A stretch of DNA of 64,000 nt, taken from assembly GCA_963664705.1 (NCBI GenBank), contig OY761556.1, positions 4,096,001 through 4,160,000 of the forward strand, written 5' to 3'. Position numbers and translations under genes: made by a program. Of the stretch, positions 9,686-18,458 are shown in pieces. A model generated the notes under the pieces. The model was given only the letters and a program-made list of their open reading frames with translations. It ran no database searches and was not told the origin of the DNA. Numbering within the stretch: position 1 is the first letter of the stretch; each line of letters starts with the position of its first letter. The DNA is from Acidobacteriota bacterium. GTDB taxonomy: Bacteria > Acidobacteriota > UBA6911.

Positions 9686-10990
9686 ATGGCCACCAGCTAC
9701 GAGAGCATACGAAAGAATGTCCGAGCCAACCTCCACATTGGAGTTGTCCTGACCGGGGCAAGTCGAGACGGCCGGCCCTTTAGCATCTCCGGGCAAAGTT
9801 TGGATTTTAGCCGGGGCGGCTTGGGCGTCCTGGTGGACAGGGATGTCTTGAAAACCGGCTCAGTCGTAAGCGTGACGAGTGCAGGGTTCCAATCCTCCGC
9901 CACGGTTCAGTGGTCCACCCGGGACAAAGAATCCGGAAAGTACCGGGTCGGCCTACGCCTGGTCAAGCCGCGCGTGACTACGCGGCTCAGGATGGTTGCA
10001 GCGCTGCTCCTGATGGGCGCATTCATGAAACAGATTTCCTCTGCCAGCCCGCGCGAGTATGTCCGGCAAACTCCTGTCAGCCGGAGCGGGAGTTCCGCCA
10101 CGGCAAAAACTTCCTCGTCACCACCGGCCAGATCAGAAGTATCCTCCTCGGAAAGGCGGGAACTCCTCACGCAATCCGATGCCGCCGATCTGGATGTGGA
10201 TGAAGGATCCTGGATCCAGGAGGCGCTTGCCATATCCCGGGAAAACCGACATACCGCGGGCCGCGCGGCGTTGAATATCGAGATGAGCAAGGAAAACTAC
10301 GCTGTCGGGGAGACGATTTCGGCAAGGGAATACCGTGTATCCAATCCTTCGGAGCATTCGCGCAGCGTTGAAATTAAAACATGGCTGGCCGCCCCGGGCA
10401 TTTCTCCAATATCCATCGGCAACGTGGGCGCCGACGGAAGCTATATCCTCACTCCGGGCAGCAGCCAGAACTTCGGCCCGGTTGAAGTCCTGTCCATCCC
10501 CGATGAAATGCCGGGAGGAATATATAAGTTCAGCGCCCGGATGATCGACCCGGTCACCGGAGACATCCTGGAGGAAAAGATCAAGCCTTTTTCCCTGCTT
10601 ACGCGAATGGAGAAATCCTCAGCCCAGGAACCAGGGAGCGAGGTCCCGCTGCTGGATGTTCAGTTCAACTTCAGCAATGCCTTGTATACTTATGGAGAAA
10701 CAGTTTCGCTCGAACAGTTCCGCATTGAAAACATGGCGTCATCGGTAGCCACGATCGAGCTGAAGCTATGGCTGGAAATACCGGATAAGGATCCGGTTCC
10801 AGTCTACAGCATGGGCGCGGATGGTTCGTTTATCCTGACTCCCGGCGCGGAGATGAATCTGAAACCATTTGTCTCGTTTAAGGTCACCGAGGACTTACCG
10901 GCAGGTGAATACCGCCTGAGATGCCGGGCTATGAATCCCGCGACCGGTCAGACCTTCTATGAGAATGCAAGTTCCTTCCGGATCCAATAG
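9686..10990 (+). CDS. PilZ domain + hydrophobic segment + duplicated beta-sandwich domain protein
   Basis: RKNVR (RxxxR) and DFSRGG (DxSxxG); hydrophobic VAALLLMGAFM; two repeats with Y..GET.S...VE.K.WL..P...GADGS.ILTPG. Confidence 0.8.
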   Translation: MATSYESIRKNVRANLHIGVVLTGASRDGRPFSISGQSLDFSRGGLGVLVDRDVLKTGSVVSVTSAGFQSSATVQWSTRDKESGKYRVGLRLVKPRVTTRLRMVAALLLMGAFMKQISSASPREYVRQTPVSRSGSSATAKTSSSPPARSEVSSSERRELLTQSDAADLDVDEGSWIQEALAISRENRHTAGRAALNIEMSKENYAVGETISAREYRVSNPSEHSRSVEIKTWLAAPGISPISIGNVGADGSYILTPGSSQNFGPVEVLSIPDEMPGGIYKFSARMIDPVTGDILEEKIKPFSLLTRMEKSSAQEPGSEVPLLDVQFNFSNALYTYGETVSLEQFRIENMASSVATIELKLWLEIPDKDPVPVYSMGADGSFILTPGAEMNLKPFVSFKVTEDLPAGEYRLRCRAMNPATGQTFYENASSFRIQ

Positions 10991-11035
10991 TCCGGAATCC
11001 GGAATCTGGAATCTGAAATCTGAAATCCAAGATCC
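10990..11035. repeat. GGAATCT-type heptamer tandem array
   Basis: tccggaatccggaatctggaatctgaaatctgaaatcc between convergent genes. Confidence 0.8.
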
Positions 11036-11053
11036 GTGAACTCCCGGCAATGA

Positions 11054-12388
11054 TCAGTACACGCCGTATTCCAGGGATGCTTCCATAAAGGCCCGCAGGT
11101 TTTCGGCATTCGTTTCTGTCGCGGAAGCTCCCCCGGCAAGGATATACCCGCCCCCGGGAGCGCATATATCAATCAGCCGGCGGCAACGTTCCTTGACGTC
11201 ATTGGCGCTTCCCGTGATGATCACGGATGCCGGTACATTCCCTGAGATGCAACATTTGTCGCCCACCATCTTTTTTGCGTTTGCCATATCCGTCTGATCG
11301 AATTGCCAGTTCACCCATCCCTTGGGGAAATCGCTGATATACTCCAGGCGTTCATTGTACCGGCCCTCAGCAACCATCCGAAGATAGATGCCCTCTTCGA
11401 TCAGTGTATCCATTACCTTCTTGAGCGAGGGCCAGTAGAATTTCTCAAACTGTTTCCTCGACATGAATGTATCGTCCCCTTTGTGCAACGGGAATGTTAC
11501 ATTGAAGCCACCGGTGGCATTCAGCATCGACAGAATCTGTTTGATGGTAATCTCCGTCACCCGATCGATAGCTTCCAGCAGCTTGTCGGGACATCGGTAC
11601 ATATCCAGGATCACGCCTTTGGTGCCTCTCAGGAAATCGGCTATTACATCGAAGGGAGCGATAGCCAGGCCCCCGAACGAAGAGGGGAACCCGGCCTCGC
11701 GCGCAGCTTTGTCGACCGCCCTGATATGCTTCCGCCATTTCTCGATCTCCTCGCCGGCCTTGATCAGCGACTGGAATGCCGCTCGCATATTCGGATCCTC
11801 GAACGGGTAGGCCACCGTCAGAAACAGATTCATCATGGTATTAAGAGGAGGAAAGTTGTTCAGCGGCTTCAAGGCTCCGACCGTGCGCGGGATCAGGTAC
11901 CGGAATGAAAAATCCGATTGGTCCTTCAGCAGGGCATCATACTCCGATGCTTCCATAATGGCTTCTTCAACGAACTGATAGGAGTTCACTTCATCGCCCA
12001 GCCCGTGCCCCGGCCATTTCAGCGCTTTATAGTCGATGGCTTCCATGGCAGGAGCGGGATGCACTTCGCCGGGCCCCCGGAAGATATCCATGTCGTCATG
12101 GAAGTCCTCGAGAAATTTGAGCCAGGCCCGCTCCATCGCCTCATAGTCATTCATCACCTGTTTCAGCGTGTAGCCGGCATGATAGGCCGGGAAATGAGCG
12201 GTAGGCAGCAACACCGGCACGCGATCCGGAATCTCGCACAGCATCGCCTTCTTATGCCGAGTCACTCGCTCCCGATACAATCTCTCCGCCCTGGGATCGC
12301 GAAATACAATGTCCGTTCCCTCCAGCCAGCGCTTCATTCTGATTTCTCTTTTCTGCTCGCGGTTCAACTCGGACCAGTTGGATTGCAT
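11054..12388 (-). CDS. Uroporphyrinogen decarboxylase family protein (MtaA/CmuA-like corrinoid methyltransferase type)
   Basis: PDRVPV, APFD..ADFLRG, FMS.KQFEKFYWP.LK, CISGNVP, GGGYILA; GGAGG RBS. Confidence 0.9.
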   Translation of the reverse strand: MQSNWSELNREQKREIRMKRWLEGTDIVFRDPRAERLYRERVTRHKKAMLCEIPDRVPVLLPTAHFPAYHAGYTLKQVMNDYEAMERAWLKFLEDFHDDMDIFRGPGEVHPAPAMEAIDYKALKWPGHGLGDEVNSYQFVEEAIMEASEYDALLKDQSDFSFRYLIPRTVGALKPLNNFPPLNTMMNLFLTVAYPFEDPNMRAAFQSLIKAGEEIEKWRKHIRAVDKAAREAGFPSSFGGLAIAPFDVIADFLRGTKGVILDMYRCPDKLLEAIDRVTEITIKQILSMLNATGGFNVTFPLHKGDDTFMSRKQFEKFYWPSLKKVMDTLIEEGIYLRMVAEGRYNERLEYISDFPKGWVNWQFDQTDMANAKKMVGDKCCISGNVPASVIITGSANDVKERCRRLIDICAPGGGYILAGGASATETNAENLRAFMEASLEYGVY

Positions 12389-12613
12389 AAGTCCTCCTCC
12401 TGCCTTCGCACAAGATCTGATTCGTAGAAATCCGGGATTTGTGGAACGAGGTTAACCGCGGAGCCGCTGATATTCAAGCAACTCTTTGTGATCCGAATGG
12501 TGGTCCGTTCTGCAATTGTTTACCCGGCCGTTCGCTTTGTGTGGTAAAAGAGTGTCACCAAAGCAGCCCCAAAACCGAGTGAATGACCCGAACCCTTTTT
12601 TGTTGGGACCCGT

Positions 12614-13870
12614 ATGGAAAACAACAAAGCCGTTGGATATTCCTGGGTAATTTTTGCCGTCGTCCTTTGCGCTCAAAGCACCGTTCTTGGATTGGCGATG
12701 ACATGCATCCCTCCCTTTCTGACGACCATCGCAAAGGAAATGAACCTGACTTCGATGCAGGTTGGAACAGCGTGGGGTATGATCGGCCTGGGAGCCCTTC
12801 TCTTCTCAGCCATGGGAGGCTTGATCAGTGACCGATTCGGCGTCCGATGGACCGGTTTTGCCGGTCTGCTGCTTTTCGCCACGGGCGGAACGCTGCGGGG
12901 GCTGGCCAGTGATTACCGCGAGTTCATAGCCGCCATGTTTCTGTTCGGCGCTGCCATGGGCCTTACGCGACCGAATTTCCCGCGCGTCTTGAGCCAGTGG
13001 TTCCCGCGCAACCGACTTGGAATGGTCAATGGATTCTCGTCGGCCGGCTCCTCGCTGGGTGCCGCCTTGTCGATGGCATTCAGCGTAAGCGTCATCGGGC
13101 CCGCTGTAGGAGGCTGGCGTCATATCACGATGATCTATGGCGCGATGACGTTCCTGCTGGCCATTGCATGGATCGTCCTGGTAAAGGAAAGGATCCTGGG
13201 AGAAAGGCCGGCTCCGAAACTATCTACGGTGCTGCAAGGCTTCGGCCTCGTGCTGCGATCGAGAACGGTCTGGATGCTGAGCATCGCGGCGTTCCTGCTC
13301 TTTGGCCACTCCTACGCATGGTCCAGCCACATCCCTGGCTTCTTCGAAGTCAAATACGGAATGACCAAAGCTCTGGCGGGGCAGATTGTATCCATCACCT
13401 TGTTCTCCGGAGTTTTTGCGGGGATCTTTCTGCCGACCCTCTCCGACCGGCTTGGATCGCGCAAGCCGGCGATCCTGATTGCGTGCATCGCCGGTGGACT
13501 CTGCAATTTGCTTCAAGGCAGTTTTCTCGGGCCTGCATTGACGATCATCCTTCTGATCATGCCCTTTGGAGTGGGAACAATTGCGCCGCTGCTCCTGACA
13601 ATTCCCTTCGAACTCAAGGAGCTTTCTCCTTCGGTTGCCGGCTCGGCCATTGGCATGATCCTCACATTTCAGAATCTGGGGATTTTCGTTTATCCGATCT
13701 TTTCCGGAAAACTGATCGATCTTTTCACCCCCAACTACTACCCCTATTTTGGCGCGCAAATGGCGGCCTTTGCCCTGACGTTTCTCCTGGTATGGCGACT
13801 GGTACCTGAAACGGGACCGGGTGCCACCCGAAAGGCTCCCCGGCAGGAATTGGTGAGGGAGGGCGCGTAA
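12614..13870 (+). CDS. MFS transporter
   Basis: About 12 TM helices; GGLISDRFGVR and LSDRLGSRK motif A copies. Confidence 0.92.
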   Translation: MENNKAVGYSWVIFAVVLCAQSTVLGLAMTCIPPFLTTIAKEMNLTSMQVGTAWGMIGLGALLFSAMGGLISDRFGVRWTGFAGLLLFATGGTLRGLASDYREFIAAMFLFGAAMGLTRPNFPRVLSQWFPRNRLGMVNGFSSAGSSLGAALSMAFSVSVIGPAVGGWRHITMIYGAMTFLLAIAWIVLVKERILGERPAPKLSTVLQGFGLVLRSRTVWMLSIAAFLLFGHSYAWSSHIPGFFEVKYGMTKALAGQIVSITLFSGVFAGIFLPTLSDRLGSRKPAILIACIAGGLCNLLQGSFLGPALTIILLIMPFGVGTIAPLLLTIPFELKELSPSVAGSAIGMILTFQNLGIFVYPIFSGKLIDLFTPNYYPYFGAQMAAFALTFLLVWRLVPETGPGATRKAPRQELVREGA

Positions 13871-13904
13871 AGGTAATCGTTTGTCGAGGCCCCGCTTTTG
13901 CGGA

Positions 13905-14212
13905 ATTCCAGATTCCAGATTCCAGATTCCAGATTTCGGATTCCAGACCGCTATTGCCTAATGGTATTGGCTTTGTCGCAATTGCCGTTCTTTCGCCCCC
14001 TTCAGGGCTCCTATTATGCTTCATTCCTACCGGGGGTTCGCAAAAAGCGCTCACCCCCGGCTACCTGCTTTCGGCCCTCCGGGCCTGGTGCTTCGCTCGC
14101 GTCCCAGGAATTAGGACAAATAATATGCAGCTTTAGCCGGAATGGCAGCACGCCCGGAATACTCCCCGGTCTTGGTCTGGAATCCGGAATCTGGAATCTG
14201 GAATCTAAAATC
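13905..14212. repeat. Composite element: inverted heptamer arrays bracketing a REP-like core
   Basis: (ttccaga)n 13905-13948 versus (tctggaa)n 14174-14212; core tttcgcccccttcagggctc...ttcggccctccgggcctggtgcttc...acaaataatatgcagctttagc, shared with 30364-30445. Confidence 0.85.
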
Positions 14213-14273
14213 CTGCATTGCCACAAAACGCCTGCTAGTGTATGGATATCACACATGAGGAGAGGACTCCGAT

Positions 14274-14810
14274 ATGAAAACTTGCGCCGCGCTTCTATTG
14301 TGTTCACTGCTGGTCACCTTGTCTGCCGTCAATGGAATGGCAGCCGGTTATGCGGAAGACCGTGCCGCCATTATTGATTTGCAGAGTCGATACCTGTTTG
14401 CCATGGATTTTCAGGATGCCAAAACGTATGCCTCCACTTTTGCCGAGGACGGGGCGCTGAATTGGGCAAGAGGCGAAATCAAAGGCCGAAAGGCTCTCTA
14501 CGAGTTCATGGCCTCCGGCACCTATAATCCTTCGCAGACCGCTGAAAAAGGCAAATGGCCGGCGGCCTCCCGCCATTTCATTACCAACCAGGTCATCAAG
14601 GTGGAGGGAAATACGGCAAAAGCCCGGACCTATTGGTTCCAAGCAACAAACAACACGGCCGATCGGCGCACCATGGTGTTGGGATTATTTGGCCACTATG
14701 AAGATGATCTGATAAAGATCAAAGGGAGATGGTACTTCAAGAAGCGGACCATCTATAACGAAGGGTTGGAGGACAGGCACAAAGCGGGTCAGCAAAATCC
14801 AGCCTGGTAA
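14274..14810 (+). CDS. Secreted SnoaL-like/NTF2-family protein
   Basis: Signal peptide; EDRAAI.DL..RY..AMD; RHFITN.VI.VEGNTA; GHYEDDL.K..GRWYFKKR. Confidence 0.88.
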   Translation: MKTCAALLLCSLLVTLSAVNGMAAGYAEDRAAIIDLQSRYLFAMDFQDAKTYASTFAEDGALNWARGEIKGRKALYEFMASGTYNPSQTAEKGKWPAASRHFITNQVIKVEGNTAKARTYWFQATNNTADRRTMVLGLFGHYEDDLIKIKGRWYFKKRTIYNEGLEDRHKAGQQNPAW

Positions 14811-14823
14811 AAGCACCGACTGA

Positions 14824-14874
14824 ATTCGCGAAATTCGTGGCTGGTTATTCTCTTCCGCCACGAATTTCGCGAAT
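14824..14874. repeat. Intergenic hairpin of the gccacgaat type (possible bidirectional terminator)
   Basis: attcgcgaaattcgtggc ... gccacgaatttcgcgaat inverted repeat between convergent genes. Confidence 0.7.
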
Positions 14875-14888
14875 GAAGGATGCAGATC

Positions 14889-15440
14889 CTACTTGATCTT
14901 CTGTCCCGCCTGGATCAACTGTGCATGATAGATTTTCGTCTGCACACTTTTGGCTGTCGCCACCGCCTTCACAAGATCATGCTGATCTACGAGTTTGTTG
15001 ATGTCCTCTTTATCCTTTTCAACTTCAGCCACGATGGTATCCACCTGCTTCCGCTGGGCCGCAGAGATTGAACGGGTCAAAAGATCATTTTTCACCTGAT
15101 CAAGGTTGCTGCCGATTGTTACCCGCATGGCATCGAGTTCGCGGGTCAGTGTTTCCTGTTTGGCCCTGGCAATATCGGCCGCTTTACCGAAAAAAATCTT
15201 GGCACTGGTGTAAAGAACCTTGGCGCCATCGGTCTTTTTCTCCTTTTCGGCTGTCTGGGCATGATCCCAGGCCGTCTGGGCCTTCTCGAAATCGGAGGAA
15301 GCATAATTATCGGCATGATAGGTCTTTGCCTGCTCCATGGCAGCCTGCGCCTGCTTCCGCTCAACTTCGGCGCTTCCGCCACACCCACAGAGGGACAGCA
15401 ATACAAGGCAGGCGAAGCAGATATAAAATCGATTTTTCAT
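14889..15440 (-). CDS. Alpha-helical lipoprotein (DUF4398-like)
   Basis: Lipobox-like LSLCGC; A..AMEQAK...A..YA..DF.KA; coiled-coil C-terminus; start 15440 or 15452. Confidence 0.7.
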   Translation of the reverse strand: MKNRFYICFACLVLLSLCGCGGSAEVERKQAQAAMEQAKTYHADNYASSDFEKAQTAWDHAQTAEKEKKTDGAKVLYTSAKIFFGKAADIARAKQETLTRELDAMRVTIGSNLDQVKNDLLTRSISAAQRKQVDTIVAEVEKDKEDINKLVDQHDLVKAVATAKSVQTKIYHAQLIQAGQKIK

Positions 15441-15723
15441 GGTGGTCCTCATTAGACTTTCGCGCCGGGGTCGTCGATGCTGCATTTATTCAGACTGGTC
15501 GTTGAAGCAGATCGCAAAACGAAATTCACGCGCAAAGTGGAAGATTGTTCGGATCAGGGATGCCGATATGTCCTTGCTACCATCCGATATATCGACTTGC
15601 ACTCCCTTCTGACTCCTTATTCTCAAGCAATACAAACGCAAAAAGTAGAAACGATACCCCTATGAATGCAGGGTTTCAAGACAATTGCGGCAAGGCGGAC
15701 GCGCGCCATGCCATGGTTTGGCA

Positions 15724-16881
15724 TCACTGCAATCTCACATGCAGCTTATAGGTATACGTGGAACCACCGTTGCCGGAAGTATCGGTTACTGTTATGTAAT
15801 ACGCGCCATCCGCGGGCAGCTCCAACTGAATGAAAGCATCCATACTTGGATAAAGTTGTGGCGTAAGCCCGTTGTCATCATTTTGAGCGATCAGGTTCTG
15901 GGCACTGTCACGCACGACGAGATAGGAATCCAGATCCGATGTCAGCCCTTGCGTGGTACAGATCACCGAGAGGATATCACCGGCATTGCCTTGAATTTTA
16001 TATACGTCCGCATCCGATGAGGTGCTTATGGTGCCCGATATCAGTGTTGCACTGGCAACGGACTGGGCATTGGCCGTGTTATTGTTCGGCTCATTCTCTT
16101 TGGTGGCTGCAGCGTTTACGGCGAAAGGCCCCAGGATAGGACCTGTGTCTGTTGAGATTGCGCCAAACGCTTGTTTGTCCTGGCGGAGGGCCAGGACGCC
16201 CAGGCCCAATGGGCTGGAGATGCTGATAGTCCCGGTAAAATTATCGAGACCGGGAAACAGTCCGTCCTGATCGATGTATTGAGAAATGTGCAACCCTGCT
16301 TCCATCGGCACGGTCGTCAACGCATGAATGCTGCCATCAGGGTTGATCAAAGTCACCACCACCGTCTCGTCCACGCCGTCGTTAAAATCCATTGGATTGA
16401 TCAGGGCGATGGCCGTATTTATGTTTTTTGACGAGTTGACTTCAACAGGAAAGGAATAGTGATTTCCCTGCTCCTGCTGTGCAACCCCCACCTCTACTTG
16501 CACCGTTCCGCCCGATTCATATCTATAAACGAGGCTTCCACGAACCGGCGCGGAATAGGATGGATATTCTACCAGGACATAGCCGGTAACCAGATCGGCG
16601 GGCGGAGTGATCTCTATTTTCTGGCTTGTCCCCGGATTAAGGTCGAACACAAATTGGCTGCTGCTGCCGAGATTTGAGGCAACCGGCAGAGGATCGCCAT
16701 AATCGCCCAGAAAACTGACCGTGACGGAAGACACTTTTTCTATACCCTGATTGGTGAAAAAGAGCACGCTTGACCAGCCTCCTCCGGAAGCAAATTGAGG
16801 AAAGACGGTGTATCGTTGCGCAAATGCCGGGGCAGCAAATATCAAGATAAGCGTGAACAAGAGACCTGACGCTCTTTTCAT
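15724..16881 (-). CDS. Secreted protein with Acidobacterial-type beta domain and C-terminal PPC (pre-peptidase) domain
   Basis: Signal peptide AFA-Q; FPQFASGGGW; ENEPNN..A.AQ; D.D.Y...G.AGD; LDSYL...LIAQNDD; GGAGG RBS. Confidence 0.8.
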   Translation of the reverse strand: MKRASGLLFTLILIFAAPAFAQRYTVFPQFASGGGWSSVLFFTNQGIEKVSSVTVSFLGDYGDPLPVASNLGSSSQFVFDLNPGTSQKIEITPPADLVTGYVLVEYPSYSAPVRGSLVYRYESGGTVQVEVGVAQQEQGNHYSFPVEVNSSKNINTAIALINPMDFNDGVDETVVVTLINPDGSIHALTTVPMEAGLHISQYIDQDGLFPGLDNFTGTISISSPLGLGVLALRQDKQAFGAISTDTGPILGPFAVNAAATKENEPNNNTANAQSVASATLISGTISTSSDADVYKIQGNAGDILSVICTTQGLTSDLDSYLVVRDSAQNLIAQNDDNGLTPQLYPSMDAFIQLELPADGAYYITVTDTSGNGGSTYTYKLHVRLQ

Positions 16882-17145
16882 CTGGTTTCCTCCACCATTA
16901 CTATTCGGCTTTTAAGTCTCAAAAATACACCTATTGTAGACCAGGAACCTCCACATTCCCAATCGGCCCCTTGACTAACAATCTCATAAACAATTTATTT
17001 ATATATATTTAACCCACCCATGCAAATATTTGCTCTTCCCGGAGGCGGAAGATGCCGATAAACAATAAGCCGTAATAGGCATATCTCTGTGTTGGGAGCG
17101 AACTTGTCGGCCGGAAAGATCCGTGGCTGACCGCAAGACGAACAA

Positions 17146-18327
17146 ATGAAAAAGCAGATACTTTTTGTTGATGACGAATCTCACATCCTTGAAGGCCTGA
17201 GGCGCATGCTTCGGGGAATGCGCAATGAATGGAATATCCTATGCGCATTGTCCGGTGCCGAGGCGCTGGATGTTATGGCGAAAGAGCCTATACAAATTAT
17301 TGTCACCGATATGCGGATGCCTGAAATGGATGGCGCTGCATTGTTGTGCGAGGTAATGAAAAGGCATCCGAATGTTATTCGGATGGTCCTGTCCGGACAT
17401 GCAGACGCCAAACTGATTATGAAATCCGTGGGCGTCGCGCATCAGTTCATTTCAAAACCATGCGACCCGGAAACGCTGAAAGCAATCATCAACGGTGCCA
17501 TTGGGATAAGAGCTTTACTGAAAGACAGCCGGCTGGAAAGCATCATCGCCGAAATGAATACGCTCCCCAGCGTGCCATCGCTGTATGTTGAGATGGCGGA
17601 TGAGCTGAAATCGCCCGAACCCTCCGTTACCAAGGTGAGTCAGATCATTTCACGCGATCCAAGCATGACAGCCAGGATCCTTCAGCTTGTGAACTCGGCA
17701 TTTTTCGGACTCCGACGCCGGATATCCAATCCGGAAGATGGCGTCAGCTATCTGGGACTGGAACGCATTCAGCACCTCTTCCTCGTCTTGCATGCCTTCT
17801 CCCAGTTCGTTCCGCCCGAAACCAGCTCATTTGCCATCGAGCCTTTATGGGAACACAGCATATCCACCGCGGTGATCGCAAAGGCGATTGCGGAGAGAGA
17901 AGAGGCGGGCAAAAGCACGATTGATGATGCCTTTGCGGTGGGGTTACTGCACGACATCGGACAGTTGATGCTTGCCTGCAAGCTTACCGATAAACATGAG
18001 CAGTCCGTAAAACTTGCCAGAAACGAGGCTATTCCGCTGTGGCAGGCGGAGCAACAGATCCTGTCGGTGACCCACGCGGAGGTCGGAGCGTATCTTCTGG
18101 GATTATGGGGACTGCCGGATCCGATTGTCGAAGCGACGGCCTATCATCACAATCCTGTCATGCATGAACGCAATTCCTTTTGCCCACTGACAGCGCTTCA
18201 TACAGCAAACAGTCAGGTCCTAAACGGCAGCTATCCCGGAATGTTGAAATCCCGGGCTGATACCGACTACCTCTCAAAGCTGCTGCGAAAGACCACCATT
18301 CCAGATCCTCTGGAACGGCCGTTATGA
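17146..18327 (+). CDS. Response regulator with REC and HDOD domains
   Basis: ILFVDDE, TDMRMP.MDG; LPSVP, DPSMTARILQLVNSAFFG, GLLHDIG, HAEVGAYLLGLWGLP. Confidence 0.93.
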   Translation: MKKQILFVDDESHILEGLRRMLRGMRNEWNILCALSGAEALDVMAKEPIQIIVTDMRMPEMDGAALLCEVMKRHPNVIRMVLSGHADAKLIMKSVGVAHQFISKPCDPETLKAIINGAIGIRALLKDSRLESIIAEMNTLPSVPSLYVEMADELKSPEPSVTKVSQIISRDPSMTARILQLVNSAFFGLRRRISNPEDGVSYLGLERIQHLFLVLHAFSQFVPPETSSFAIEPLWEHSISTAVIAKAIAEREEAGKSTIDDAFAVGLLHDIGQLMLACKLTDKHEQSVKLARNEAIPLWQAEQQILSVTHAEVGAYLLGLWGLPDPIVEATAYHHNPVMHERNSFCPLTALHTANSQVLNGSYPGMLKSRADTDYLSKLLRKTTIPDPLERPL

Positions 18328-18458
18328 CCGACGTTGCCGTGCAAGACAGGAAAGGCCGATCTTAGATATCGGCCTCGCCCACAATCTGGCTTTCTCTGGT
18401 TCTAAAGTCTCCAAGGGCACCTAAAGGGACGCACTCATAGAGCCCCATAATCAAGGAG

